DNA from: an uncultured cyanobacterium
Lineage (GTDB): Bacteria; Cyanobacteriota; Cyanobacteriia; Cyanobacteriales; Nostocaceae
DNA: 64,000 bases
Assembly (NCBI GenBank): GCA_963706595.1
Contig: OY970166.1
Span: 832,001 to 896,000 of the forward strand
Direction of reading: 5' to 3'
Shown: positions 8,505-19,224 of the stretch, one piece after another
Numbering within the stretch: the first letter of the stretch is position 1
Layout of the letters: each line of letters begins with the position of its first letter
The notes under the pieces: generated by a model
Databases searched by the model: none
What the model was told of the DNA's origin: nothing
Seen by the model: the letters and a program-made list of their open reading frames with translations, nothing else
Translations under genes and position numbers: made by a program

Positions 8505-10016
8505 CTAAGGCAACCAAAACTCAGGTAAGACAGATTTACCCAAGTCGCGCACAGTTTGATTGAGCGATCGCGCCATTTGAATGTGCGCTTCGTCCTCTTC
8601 TACAGGTATAATATGGGCAGGCTGACCCTGACCTAAGTAGGACATCGCTAAATTTGCGGCTTCTAAACCTGTGACATAAGCCTTTTCCTGAGACCAAGAA
8701 CCGTGACGATTCACAATCCAATCACCACTCATAAAGACATTCTCAAAACTAGTCTTGGCTGGCAACATATAGCGATAGCTACCAGGGGCAAAGTGAGTCA
8801 CTGCATTGGGTAAGCGAATTACACTGCTATCAATTACTTCAGCTTCGCCAAAGGCTGGGACACAAGTTGTTAAATAATCCTTGACTTTAGTAATGATGTC
8901 TGCATCACTCATATTCAGAAACTGATTGGCATGATAGAAATCAACTTCAATCACCGTTCCCGGCTCATTTTTATACTCATCATGTAGGGCATTTAAATCA
9001 AAAAATGTCCATCCTGTGGTGGCATCAAAGCCAAAGCAAGCATTAGAAGGACGAGGAACATTAATTTTGCGGTCAAACCATAAACGGGTGGCTAAAACGT
9101 CAATTGCCCCTAAATTACTTAAATTTCGGAACTCTTCCCGGCTTTGTAAACTGGGACTATTGGCGACAATTTTCTTCATCCCGGTGACACCAACTGCAAA
9201 AATTACCGCATCGGCATCAAATACCTCATCACCGCAAACCACACCCTTGGCTTGATTCTGACTATCCACAATTACATCAGTCACTCGGCGTTGGGGTAAG
9301 ACTTTCGCACCAGCTTTTTCTATTTTTTCCACCCAAGGACGAAATATTTTTTCTCCCACTGTGCCGCGACACCAAACCACATCAAAATCAGCTTGATGCG
9401 CCAGAATAAAAAAGTACAACATTCCTAACGTGGCGGCGGCTGAACATTGTTCACCTGGGGCAAATAAGCCCACTAACAACATAGGTTCAAAAGCTTCTTT
9501 GTAAAGTCGGGCAGAAACGCCAAAATCTTTGAATAATTCACGGGCTGTGACAAAATCATAACGCCGCCAAGCTTCATCAGAATTGTCAAAATCCACAACC
9601 GAATAAAGCAAAGGCAAGGCGCTGATGCGATCTATTAAGGGTAATCGCTGAAATTGAGTGTAAACAAAAGTGCCTATAGGTGCGGGAAGTCGCGGTAAAT
9701 CTTGGAAAATTGGTGATTCAACTTCTAATCCCGCAGGCGAATATTGGGCGGAACGAGTCCAGGTGGTAAAGGGATTAATTTCTAATTCATTAATCAGGGC
9801 AAAAATATTTCTGTAAGGATACCAAAAGCCGTGAATTCCCGCTTCTACAGATTTTCCCTCTGTGGTTTTCCAACCGGCGACTAATCCACCAGGGTAGGAA
9901 CCAGCTTCTAAAAGTGTGACATCATACCCTTGTTTTGCCAAATGGTAAGTTGCGCCTAAACCCGCCCAACCAGCACCGACAACTACCACCCGTTTTGCTT
10001 GTAACCCGACTGTCAT
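8505..10016 (-). CDS. FAD-dependent oxidoreductase (carotenoid desaturase/amine oxidase family)
   Basis: GAGWAG dinucleotide motif, EAGIHGFW, C-terminal GDW...WSQEKA. Confidence 0.85.
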   Translation of the reverse strand: MTVGLQAKRVVVVGAGWAGLGATYHLAKQGYDVTLLEAGSYPGGLVAGWKTTEGKSVEAGIHGFWYPYRNIFALINELEINPFTTWTRSAQYSPAGLEVESPIFQDLPRLPAPIGTFVYTQFQRLPLIDRISALPLLYSVVDFDNSDEAWRRYDFVTARELFKDFGVSARLYKEAFEPMLLVGLFAPGEQCSAAATLGMLYFFILAHQADFDVVWCRGTVGEKIFRPWVEKIEKAGAKVLPQRRVTDVIVDSQNQAKGVVCGDEVFDADAVIFAVGVTGMKKIVANSPSLQSREEFRNLSNLGAIDVLATRLWFDRKINVPRPSNACFGFDATTGWTFFDLNALHDEYKNEPGTVIEVDFYHANQFLNMSDADIITKVKDYLTTCVPAFGEAEVIDSSVIRLPNAVTHFAPGSYRYMLPAKTSFENVFMSGDWIVNRHGSWSQEKAYVTGLEAANLAMSYLGQGQPAHIIPVEEDEAHIQMARSLNQTVRDLGKSVLPEFWLP

Positions 10017-10020
10017 ACAA

Positions 10021-10078
10021 TTTTAGATTTTAGATTTTAGATTTTAGATTTCGGATTTTAGATTAGATTTCGGATTTT
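10021..10078. repeat. Heptamer tandem repeat (TTTTAGA/TTTCGGA)
   Basis: Direct inspection. Confidence 0.85.
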
Positions 10079-10128
10079 CAACCACTCCCCACTCTCTTGT
10101 ACAGACGCGATTCATCGCGTCTCAGCCC

Positions 10129-11976
10129 TCAGCACTCACAATTGGGTATCCATACCGTGAAAATTGAACCAATAGCTACAGTAGATTCTACTTCAATTCG
10201 ACCCCGATGGAGTTCTACAAGTTGTTTGGTTAAAGCTAAACCGAGTCCTGTACCTTCGTAGCGGCGGCGATAGGGTGTATCGAGTTGCTGGAATTTCTCA
10301 AACAGTAGTGGTAATTGTGCTTCAGGAATGCCAATTCCAGTGTCTTCGATTTGAAAGATAGCGGTATTATCTTCTACCCAAATCCGCAAAGTGACACTGC
10401 CACCTTCTGGGGTAAACTTAATGGCATTAGTTAACAGATTCCACAGAATTTGTCCGACTCGTCCCACGTCAGCTTTAAAGCGATCGCGTTGGGGGTCAAT
10501 TTGTAAATCCAGTTGCAGATGGACTTGTTTGCTGTCGGCTTTTTTTAATAGTGACTCTAGGGAACTTTTGGCTGTACCGCTCAAAGAAAATTCTGTAATA
10601 TTTAATACTGTTTTCCCAGCTTCAATTTGTGATACATCGAGGATGTCATTAATTAATTCTAATAAATGTTCTCCACTATCGTGGATTGTTTGTAAATAAT
10701 GGCGTTGGCGTTGACTCAACTCGCCCAAAGGCCAACGTAACAAGGTGGAAGACATCCCGATTACGTAAGTTAAAGGCGTAAGCAATTCATGACTGATGGT
10801 AGCGAGAAATTCATTTCTGAGGCGACTAGCAGCTTCAGCCGCCAGTAAAGCTTCCCGCAAAGCCATTGTGCGTTCAATAACGCGTTTTTCTAGAGTTTGT
10901 TTTTCTGCGGTGAGGGTGCGTGTCACGTCTTGCAGAGATTGTATTAACTCCGATTGATGAATAGCGATCGCTAATTGTTCAGCTATAGAAGTTAGTAAAC
11001 TCTTCTCATCCTCAGTCCATTGTCGGGGAGTGTGACATTGATGAGCAATCAGTAACCCCCACAGCTTTTGTTCAAATATAATTGGTGCTACCAACTTTGC
11101 TCTGACTTGGCTGTTTCTTAAAAAATTTAACAAACATTCTTCCAGAGCATAAGTTTTTTCCACATCATCAACAACTAAAGTAAATCCTTGGCGATACTTT
11201 TCCCAACAGGGAGAATTACGGTTCAAGCAAGCTTCTTCCTGAGCATACAACACCGATGGAATGGCATTTTCAGCGCGGGCTTCGTGAACAATGCAACCCC
11301 CAAGAGGTTGAGGTGGGTTTTGTGGAGTATTGACTCTGGAATGCTCAAATTTATAGACTACCAGTCTGTCTAGTGCCAAAAATTCTTGGACTAAAGCCAT
11401 TGCTGTCGCCATAATTACTGGCAAATCCAAGTTTTTGCAGATTTGGGTTGTCACCTGATTTAACAGATGCTCTCGCTGTAATCTGTGTTTCCAGGCATCT
11501 TCCACAGGCTGACAGGAAGAACCTTGAGGTTCTGTCATCTCCTCTGTTGGCTGTGGCAAAAGATACTCCAATAATAACAGCGTAAATTGAGTTTGGATCT
11601 GGGTATCATTCGGTCTAAGAGCTTGACGATAGCGTTCCAGATTTTGATGCGTGTAGGAATCATCCTCAAACAAATCTCGTACCTGGGAGACAAATAAGGC
11701 GATCGCTTCCGAATTAAATGTCAAGCTAGTATTTAACTCTGGTTCCCCTTGCTCCTGCTTACCCAGCAAAAGTGCGCTAAACTGCTCAGAAATCACCAGC
11801 GTAAATCTTTGATTTTGCCACTGTAGTGGTGTATCAATCCTTGCCAATACAGCTTCTGTAATTACCAGTGCAGTAGTTCCTACTACTTGAGTTATCTGTT
11901 GTAATAATTCCCCAAGCTGATTAAAAACAACTAAAGGCAAATTTCGAGAAAAACTCAAATCAGGAGAACTAAGCAT
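10129..11976 (-). CDS. cikA: CikA-like GAF sensor histidine kinase lacking the C-terminal pseudo-receiver
   Basis: GAF (LWGLLIAHQC), HisKA EFLATISHELLTPLTYVIGMSSTLLRW characteristic of CikA, HATPase; protein ends directly after HATPase. Confidence 0.75.
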   Translation of the reverse strand: MLSSPDLSFSRNLPLVVFNQLGELLQQITQVVGTTALVITEAVLARIDTPLQWQNQRFTLVISEQFSALLLGKQEQGEPELNTSLTFNSEAIALFVSQVRDLFEDDSYTHQNLERYRQALRPNDTQIQTQFTLLLLEYLLPQPTEEMTEPQGSSCQPVEDAWKHRLQREHLLNQVTTQICKNLDLPVIMATAMALVQEFLALDRLVVYKFEHSRVNTPQNPPQPLGGCIVHEARAENAIPSVLYAQEEACLNRNSPCWEKYRQGFTLVVDDVEKTYALEECLLNFLRNSQVRAKLVAPIIFEQKLWGLLIAHQCHTPRQWTEDEKSLLTSIAEQLAIAIHQSELIQSLQDVTRTLTAEKQTLEKRVIERTMALREALLAAEAASRLRNEFLATISHELLTPLTYVIGMSSTLLRWPLGELSQRQRHYLQTIHDSGEHLLELINDILDVSQIEAGKTVLNITEFSLSGTAKSSLESLLKKADSKQVHLQLDLQIDPQRDRFKADVGRVGQILWNLLTNAIKFTPEGGSVTLRIWVEDNTAIFQIEDTGIGIPEAQLPLLFEKFQQLDTPYRRRYEGTGLGLALTKQLVELHRGRIEVESTVAIGSIFTVWIPNCEC

Positions 11977-12050
11977 TTTCAATAGTCTAGTAATAAATTG
12001 CTCAATGCTAATGTTTTCTAACCAACAGTTTAAGACAGTAATACAAGATT

Positions 12051-15000
12051 ATGCATCGTATCAGTGCCACACCGGGCGGATGGAATCAATCAGATGAGTT
12101 AGTTTTTTTAGAACAAACTCCAGCCCCTTTTGTCTTTATTACTGCTGCGGATACTGACATTCAAACCTTAGCAGCAGCCGTCCCTAAATTACCTGCAACA
12201 TTTCCCACCATCAGAGTTGCTAGTTTATTGCAGTTACAACAACAAATCACTATAGATTCTTATGGCGAGGACGTTTTAGAATCTGCCCAAGTAATCATTT
12301 TGCGACTATTAGGAGGACGTTCCTATTGGGCTTATGGTTTAGAAGTAGTGCAAGAAATTGTACAACGTCAGGGGACAACCCTGATAGTAATGCCTGGGGA
12401 CGATGGTCTTGATCCTGAATTAATTTCTCAATCTACTTTACCTTTAAGTGCTGTTAATCAAGTTTTACAGTATTTCAGAGAAGGCGGAGTGGAAAACATT
12501 GTTAACGCTTTGCAATTTATCTCTGATACTTGCTTGGATACGTCGTTTCAACCCCTACCACCGCAAGGGATTCCCCGTGTCGGCTTGTATGAGTGGGAAA
12601 TTCGCCACTCCCCACTCCCCACTCCCCACTCCCCACTCCCCACTCCCCATTCCCCATTCCCTAAAGTGGGGATTCTTTTTTACCGCGCGCATTATTTATC
12701 TGGGAATACGAAGGTAATTGATGCTTTGTGTACGGCTTTAATAAAGCGTAATTTACAACCTGTACCCGTGTTTGTTTCGTCGTTACGCGATCCCGATGTT
12801 CAAGCAGAGTTGAGTGAGTTTTTCCAGCCGAAAGATTCAGAGCAAATTGGCGTATTGCTGAATACTACGAGTTTTTCTCTGGCGCGTTTGGAAACTGAAG
12901 CACCGCAACTTGATTTGTGGCAAAAATTAGATGTGCCGGTGTTCCAAGTTATTCTCAGTGGCGGTGGTGTGGAACAGTGGGAGTCACAGTTACAAGGGCT
13001 TTCGCCTCGTGATATGGCGATGAATGTGGCGTTACCAGAGGTAGATGGACGGATTATTACTCGCGCTGTGTCTTTTAAAACTGTACAAACGCGAAATCCT
13101 GATTTGGAAACAGATGTGATGGTTTATGAACCGGTGAGCGATCGCATTGAGTTTGTAGCTGAACTCGCAGCCAATTGGGTAAAACTCCGCTCTAAGCCAC
13201 CTGAAGAGCGCCGCATTGCCCTGATTTTGGCAAATTACCCAAATCGCAACGGCAGGTTAGCCAATGGCGTAGGATTGGACACGCCAGCCAGTTGTGTGGA
13301 AATTATTAAAGCTTTACAATCTTCTGGGTATGTGGTGGAAAATCCGCCGATTCACGGAGATGATTTAATTCAACGTCTCACCACTGGGGTAACTAATGAT
13401 CCTGAAGGTAGAGAGTTGCGTCCTGTGCTGCAAGGTGTTTCTGGTGCAGATTATCAAGCTTATTTTGCCACTTTACCAGCAACTGTACAGCAAGAAATCA
13501 CTGACAGATGGGGAGCCGCATCTGAAAACTCAGAATCCTCTTCCTCCCCCCTGCCCCCTGCCCCCTGCCCCCCTGCCTCTTCCCTCCCTGTTTCTGGTAT
13601 GCAACTGGGTAACATATTTGTGGGGATTCAGCCGTCACGGGGTTATGATCTTGACCCTAGTTTGAATTATCATGCACCGGATTTGGTGCCAACTCACGCT
13701 TATTTGGCTTTTTATTATTGGGTGCGGGAATGTTTTAATGCTGATGCGGTGGTTCATGTGGGGAAACATGGCAATCTGGAATGGCTACCGGGTAAAAGTG
13801 TGGCTTTGTCTAGTAGTTGTTATCCAGAGGTGGCTTTTGGCGCACTTCCCCACCTTTATCCGTTTATTGTCAATGACCCTGGTGAGGGTTCACAAGCCAA
13901 GCGACGCGCCCAAGCGGTGATTTTAGATCATCTCACTCCTCCGATGACGCGGGCGGAGCTTTATGGGGCTTTGCAACAGTTAGAAAATTTAGTTGATGAA
14001 TATTACGAGGCGGAAAGTTTAGATCCGACGCGTTTACCTTTAATTCGCGATCGCATTCGGGAATTAGTCATCCAAGAGAATCTTCACAAAGATTTAGGGA
14101 TCGAACATGAAACGGATATTTTAAAGTTTGAATCTGTAATTTTAAATTTCATCGGCGGCTATCTTTGTGAATTGAAGGAAGCGCAAATACGAGATGGTTT
14201 ACACATTTTTGGTCAATGTCCCCAAGGGCGACAACTACGAGATTTAATTGTGGCGATCGCACGCATCCCTAACCGCTATTCTGAAGGTATTACGCGCGTT
14301 ATAGCTGAAGATTGGGGTTTGGATTTTGACCCTCTGACAACAGATTTCAACACGCCGTTATCAGCAGGCGATCGGGAGGTTTTAGACGCGAAAATTTCTC
14401 TAGAAATTTCTCTAGACGCGATGAATCCTGAAATTTCAGACGCGATGAATCGCGTCTCTACAAGTCGGACGGTTGGCGATGCGGTAGAAATCTTGGAAAA
14501 TCACGCCGCCCAATTAGTAGAACAACTCCTCTCTTCATCTTGTACAGACGCGATTCATCGCGTCTCCTCTTCTTCTTCTTCGCCGATTGATCGCGTCTCT
14601 TCCTGGATTAGCAACAAACTTCTCCCGGCTTTACAACAAACCAATGAGGAAATTACCAATTTACTCCACGGACTTGACGGTAAATACATTCCCAGCGCCC
14701 CTTCTGGCGCACCTACACGCGGCCGCCCAGAGGTCTTACCCACTGGAAGAAACTTTTATTCCGTTGATATTCGGGCTATTCCTACAGAAACGGCTTGGGA
14801 TGTCGGTAGAAAAGCGGCGGAAAATTTGATTGAATGCTACACCCAAGAAAACGGTGAGTATCCCCAAACACTGGGGTTATCGTTGTGGGGAACTGCAACT
14901 ATGCGGACTGGTGGTGATGACATCGCTGAGGCTTTAGCTTTACTGGGTGTGCGTCCGGTTTGGGATGGTGCAGCCCGGCGCGTTGTAGACTTTGAAATCT

Positions 15001-15974
15001 TACCCCTGAGTATATTGGGTCGTCCTCGTGTCGATGTCACTTTAAGAATTTCAGGATTTTTTAGGGACGCTTTTCCCAATTTAATTGATTTATTCGAGCA
15101 AGCTGTAGCAGCAGTAGCAGCACTGAATGAATCTTCAGAGTATAATCCCCTAGCGGCACAAGTTAACCAAGATACTGATTTTTGGATGCAGCAAGGTTTG
15201 ACTCCAGAAGCAGCAGCAGCGCGATCGCAATATCGCATTTTTGGTTCTCAACCGGGTGCTTATGGTGCGGGACTCCAAGGCTTAATGGCTTCGCAAAATT
15301 GGACAGATGACCAGGATTTAGCTCGCGCTTATATTAATTGGAGTTGTTACGCTTACACCAGTGCTAGTTCCCCCGATGCAAAAGGCGAATTAGTCGGAAT
15401 TTCTGCCCCAGAAGCCTTTGAACAACGTTTGGCACAAATGCAAATTGTGCTACACAACCAAGATAACCGAGAACACGACATCCTCGATTCTGATGACTAT
15501 TATCAGTTTCAGGGCGGTTTAACAGCCGCAGTCAGATCACTGCAAGGGAAAAATCCTCAAACCTATTTTGGTGACAATTCTAATCCAGATCAACCACGGG
15601 TTCGCGAACTCAAATCAGAAATTGCACGGGTGTATCGTTCTCGTGTAGTTAACCCCAAATGGATTGAGGGGATGATGCGCCACGGTTACAAAGGTGCATT
15701 TGAAATGGCCGCCACAGTCGATTATTTATTTGCCTACGATGCTACAGCCCAATGTGTGGAAGACTATATGTATGAGGGCATAACACAAGCGTATTTACTA
15801 GATCCCGTCGTCTGTGAATTTATCCAAGATAAAAATCCGTATGCTCTGCGTGATATTGCTGAAAAATTATTAGAAGCACACCAGCGTAATTTATGGCAGG
15901 ATGTAAGTATCCAGACATTAGACAACTTGCGAAATTTAGTACATCAAGCTGAAGCGACCATCGAAGAAAAATAA
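12051..15974 (+). CDS. cobN: Cobaltochelatase subunit CobN
   Basis: HVGKHGNLEWLPGK, NDPGEGSQAKRR, VLPTGRNFYS, NPKWIEGMMRHGYKG motifs; 1307 aa. Confidence 0.95.
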   Translation: MHRISATPGGWNQSDELVFLEQTPAPFVFITAADTDIQTLAAAVPKLPATFPTIRVASLLQLQQQITIDSYGEDVLESAQVIILRLLGGRSYWAYGLEVVQEIVQRQGTTLIVMPGDDGLDPELISQSTLPLSAVNQVLQYFREGGVENIVNALQFISDTCLDTSFQPLPPQGIPRVGLYEWEIRHSPLPTPHSPLPTPHSPFPKVGILFYRAHYLSGNTKVIDALCTALIKRNLQPVPVFVSSLRDPDVQAELSEFFQPKDSEQIGVLLNTTSFSLARLETEAPQLDLWQKLDVPVFQVILSGGGVEQWESQLQGLSPRDMAMNVALPEVDGRIITRAVSFKTVQTRNPDLETDVMVYEPVSDRIEFVAELAANWVKLRSKPPEERRIALILANYPNRNGRLANGVGLDTPASCVEIIKALQSSGYVVENPPIHGDDLIQRLTTGVTNDPEGRELRPVLQGVSGADYQAYFATLPATVQQEITDRWGAASENSESSSSPLPPAPCPPASSLPVSGMQLGNIFVGIQPSRGYDLDPSLNYHAPDLVPTHAYLAFYYWVRECFNADAVVHVGKHGNLEWLPGKSVALSSSCYPEVAFGALPHLYPFIVNDPGEGSQAKRRAQAVILDHLTPPMTRAELYGALQQLENLVDEYYEAESLDPTRLPLIRDRIRELVIQENLHKDLGIEHETDILKFESVILNFIGGYLCELKEAQIRDGLHIFGQCPQGRQLRDLIVAIARIPNRYSEGITRVIAEDWGLDFDPLTTDFNTPLSAGDREVLDAKISLEISLDAMNPEISDAMNRVSTSRTVGDAVEILENHAAQLVEQLLSSSCTDAIHRVSSSSSSPIDRVSSWISNKLLPALQQTNEEITNLLHGLDGKYIPSAPSGAPTRGRPEVLPTGRNFYSVDIRAIPTETAWDVGRKAAENLIECYTQENGEYPQTLGLSLWGTATMRTGGDDIAEALALLGVRPVWDGAARRVVDFEILPLSILGRPRVDVTLRISGFFRDAFPNLIDLFEQAVAAVAALNESSEYNPLAAQVNQDTDFWMQQGLTPEAAAARSQYRIFGSQPGAYGAGLQGLMASQNWTDDQDLARAYINWSCYAYTSASSPDAKGELVGISAPEAFEQRLAQMQIVLHNQDNREHDILDSDDYYQFQGGLTAAVRSLQGKNPQTYFGDNSNPDQPRVRELKSEIARVYRSRVVNPKWIEGMMRHGYKGAFEMAATVDYLFAYDATAQCVEDYMYEGITQAYLLDPVVCEFIQDKNPYALRDIAEKLLEAHQRNLWQDVSIQTLDNLRNLVHQAEATIEEK

Positions 15975-15993
15975 TTGGTGTAGGAATACAAAT

Positions 15994-17211
15994 ATGGATA
16001 ACTTGGCTTATTTTCATTTAGCTGATGCCTATGAAAACAGCGACTCCAGTGATTTGGTGTCTATGAGTGCTTTATTGAATAAAGCAGCTGCACCAGACTG
16101 GAAACGCCTTTCTAGTAAAGCGTGGAAGCATTTGTTGCCCCTAGCGATCGCCTTGTCTATTCTGAGTTCGGTCAGCAGCGTTTTGGCACTAGAACGAGGT
16201 GATCAAGGTCCTTCGGTGAGGAATCTCCAAGAACAGTTACAGCAAGCAGGCTTTTATGGCGGTAGCATCACAGAAGTCTACGATTTCCCCACAGAAGATG
16301 CTGTGCGGCGTTTTCAACAAGCTCATGGTTTAGCAGTTGATGGCATTGTGGGAGTCAGTACCCGGCAAAAATTATCAAACTGGCAGACACAACAAGCGAG
16401 TTATGGGAGTACAACAGTTTCGACAATCAGTGCGAACAATTTCACACTGCCCACACTCACTACTGCCAGTACACCATTTGCCACAATCAATACTAGCAAT
16501 CCCCAACTTCCCAGAGCCACCACTGCCAGCATGACCACCACAACAATTACTGCTGTGAGAACGCCCAATATCATCCAGCATTCTAACTTGCTGGTGAAAG
16601 GAGATGAGGGTGAGCCAGTTAGGCTTTTACAAGAACGGCTGCGAGTTGCAGGCTTCTATTCCGGTAACGCCACAGGGGTATTTGGCCCTATTACCGAAGA
16701 AGCTGTCAAGCGGTTTCAAGCAGCTTATAACTTAGAAGTTGATGGCATTGTCGGCCCATCAACAGCAAGCAAATTGCCTCCTGTTGGGGTTGGTGGAGCC
16801 GAAACTTCTCCCACACAGACAGTGAATACAAAAAATCTCACAATGGGACATCGCGGTGAAGCAGTCAGACTGCTTCAAAAACAATTGATTCAAGCCGGAT
16901 ATCTGAATGGAACACCAAATGGATACTTTGGTTCTTCTACTGCGGATGCTGTGCGTCGCTTTCAAGCAGCTAATTACTTAGCTGCCAGTGGTATCGCTGG
17001 ACCCACCACTAGAGCTAAGTTATATAGCGTAATTGGGACTGCTCCCCAAGGCGAATTTAGTGTCTTGGAAATCCAAAGGCGACTACGAGATAAGGGTTTC
17101 TATCAAGGAAATCTCAACGGTGTGATGGCAGATGATACCAAAAGAGCCATTAAGCAAGCCCAAGAATTTTACGGAATCAGTCTCAGTGATATCAGAAGCG
17201 GACGCTTTTAG
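15994..17211 (+). CDS. Peptidoglycan-binding repeat protein (Alr1690-like)
   Basis: Repeated PG_binding_1 units (VRxLQ...TEDAVRRFQ...DGIVG); convergent with furA as in Anabaena 7120. Confidence 0.85.
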   Translation: MDNLAYFHLADAYENSDSSDLVSMSALLNKAAAPDWKRLSSKAWKHLLPLAIALSILSSVSSVLALERGDQGPSVRNLQEQLQQAGFYGGSITEVYDFPTEDAVRRFQQAHGLAVDGIVGVSTRQKLSNWQTQQASYGSTTVSTISANNFTLPTLTTASTPFATINTSNPQLPRATTASMTTTTITAVRTPNIIQHSNLLVKGDEGEPVRLLQERLRVAGFYSGNATGVFGPITEEAVKRFQAAYNLEVDGIVGPSTASKLPPVGVGGAETSPTQTVNTKNLTMGHRGEAVRLLQKQLIQAGYLNGTPNGYFGSSTADAVRRFQAANYLAASGIAGPTTRAKLYSVIGTAPQGEFSVLEIQRRLRDKGFYQGNLNGVMADDTKRAIKQAQEFYGISLSDIRSGRF

Positions 17212-17271
17212 CATCCGCTCTCGATGTTGACAGAGATGATTTTTCAACTAATTACTGACCTTTTTGAGTGA

Positions 17272-17727
17272 CTACAAAGGCATGAGCGCCCGTTGACACT
17301 TAGGACAGACTGCGTGGATTGTCATTTGACAGTCCAGCAGGTGAAACCCTTCTTTTTGGGCAGTTTTTGAACCTATTTTTAAAATCGAGTCGTTTTTAAA
17401 CTCAATAGTCGCGTTGCATTTTACACAAATTAAATGGTGGTGATGATGGGGGTAGGGCTGGTTGATTTCATAATGTTTATGTCCTTCTCCCAGTTCTAAC
17501 TCCCGCAAAATCCCCATGCGTGCCATCAATTTCAACGTCCGATAGATAGTGGAAAGACTAATGCCTTCCCCATCACTTTCTAGCCGATGATAAAGATCCT
17601 CAGCACTGAGATGTTCCCCTTGCGGAAGTTCTTGAAAAATGTGTAGAATTGTTTCGCGCTGGGGAGTTAAACGCCAGCCTCGATCATTCAGTTCTGCCTT
17701 GAGTGAAGTAGATGTGTAAACAGTCAT
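17272..17727 (-). CDS. furA: Ferric uptake regulator
   Basis: RGWRLTPQRE, STIYRTL, HHHHHLICVKC, CPKC; ATG 17727. Confidence 0.95.
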   Translation of the reverse strand: MTVYTSTSLKAELNDRGWRLTPQRETILHIFQELPQGEHLSAEDLYHRLESDGEGISLSTIYRTLKLMARMGILRELELGEGHKHYEINQPYPHHHHHLICVKCNATIEFKNDSILKIGSKTAQKEGFHLLDCQMTIHAVCPKCQRALMPL

Positions 17728-17799
17728 ACTAATTTTTCTCAACAAAGCCTATTAGTTGAGAATATAACAAATTTTGGGGGAAATTTGCAACAATCCTCT

Positions 17800-17818
17800 C
17801 TTATTGCGAACATTTATT
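17800..17818 (-). promoter_or_regulatory. Putative FurA autoregulatory box
   Basis: AATAAATGTTCGCAATAAG, an AT-rich imperfect palindrome upstream of furA resembling the Anabaena PfurA site as recalled. Confidence 0.45.
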
Positions 17819-17973
17819 AAATAAATAATTCCAAATAATTCTTCAAGATCAACTAGGTTGATTCCAGAAACCATAGATAGTTCGACAGTCGGATATCTAA
17901 GAGATATGGGTAAACCTCTTAGATATTCTGCTTAACTTGAGACTGTCGAGTGCCAATAACAACCGAGACATGA

Positions 17974-19224
17974 CTAACTGAGAGATTCTAAATAATCGCG
18001 GATCAGGTTGCGTCGTTTGGGTTGGCGGAGCTTTTGCAAAGCTTTGGATTCGATTTGACGAACTCGTTCTCTGGATAAATCAAGAGCGCGGCCAATTTCG
18101 GCTAAGGAATAAGGATGACCATCTGACAAACCAAAACGCATGAGAATCACATCACGCTCACGGCTGGTTAAATCTGCCAACAGGCTATGCAAGTCTTTTT
18201 GTAAAGATTCTCGCATTAACATCTCTTCTGGGGTTACACAGTCGGTTTCCAGTAATTCCCCCAGTTCAGTGTCCTTATCTTTACCAACTTTGGTTTCCAG
18301 AGAAACAGAACGTGGGACTCTGAGCAACACTTCCCGGACTGCGGCTGGTGTCATTTCCAACTCAACTGCTAAATCTTCTAAGGTGGGAGTGCGACCTTTT
18401 TCTTGAGCAATTTTGCGTTGAGCTTTTTTGATTTTGTTCAGCTTTTCTGTAATATGAACAGGTAAGCGAATTGTACGACTAGAAGTCGCGATCGCTCGCG
18501 TAATTCCCTGACGAATCCACCAATAAGCATAAGTGCTAAAGCGATAGCCCTTAGTCGGGTCAAATTTTTCGACAGCTCTTTCTAAGCCTAAAGTTCCTTC
18601 TTGAACTAAATCTAATAATTCTAAACCGCGATTTTGATACTTTTTCGCAACGGACACTACCAAGCGCAAATTTGCCTTGATCATGTGTTCTTTGGCGTGA
18701 AGTCCTTGGGTCTGCACTTGCTCTAGTTCTGCGACTGTTAATTTAGCAATTTCCGCCCAGCGACGCTTGCCATTTGCTAAAGTGGGTTTGAGATCCGCCA
18801 GTTCTATACCAGCAGTAGTCGCCCACCTTTCCAAAGAAGGGCGATGTCCCAGTTCAGATGTCAGACGCTCCTGAACCTGAACTAACTTCAGAAATGGGGC
18901 AATGACTTCATCACCTTGCTTGGCTGCGTCGGCAAGTACAGTCCGCATCCGCAAGTAGCGTTGGACTTTTTGGGCTTCGGAAACTTCTTCATCGCGCCCT
19001 AGAAGCCTAACTCGTCCAATTTCCTGAAGGTATAGACGTACTAAGTCTGTACTCCGACGGTTATTGTTCGCCGCCAAGTAAGCAGGGTCAACAGCAGCTA
19101 CTTCCAATTCCTGAATCTCATCTGCCGACAACTCACCATCATCAATAATGAGTTCTTCTTCCATTGCCTGGTGGGACTTTTTGGTATTGGAAGCGGCATC
19201 TGCATAAAAAGATGTTGCTGGCAT
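17974..19224 (-). CDS. sigC: Group 2 sigma factor SigC
   Basis: DLVRLYLQEIG, NLRLVVSVAKKY, KGYRFSTYAYWWIRQ; adjacent to furA. Confidence 0.9.
   Translation of the reverse strand: MPATSFYADAASNTKKSHQAMEEELIIDDGELSADEIQELEVAAVDPAYLAANNNRRSTDLVRLYLQEIGRVRLLGRDEEVSEAQKVQRYLRMRTVLADAAKQGDEVIAPFLKLVQVQERLTSELGHRPSLERWATTAGIELADLKPTLANGKRRWAEIAKLTVAELEQVQTQGLHAKEHMIKANLRLVVSVAKKYQNRGLELLDLVQEGTLGLERAVEKFDPTKGYRFSTYAYWWIRQGITRAIATSSRTIRLPVHITEKLNKIKKAQRKIAQEKGRTPTLEDLAVELEMTPAAVREVLLRVPRSVSLETKVGKDKDTELGELLETDCVTPEEMLMRESLQKDLHSLLADLTSRERDVILMRFGLSDGHPYSLAEIGRALDLSRERVRQIESKALQKLRQPKRRNLIRDYLESLS

Noticed and set aside
11977..12050. Cobalamin riboswitch upstream of cobN
   Set aside because: The intergenic gap is only ~74 nt and has no B12-box.
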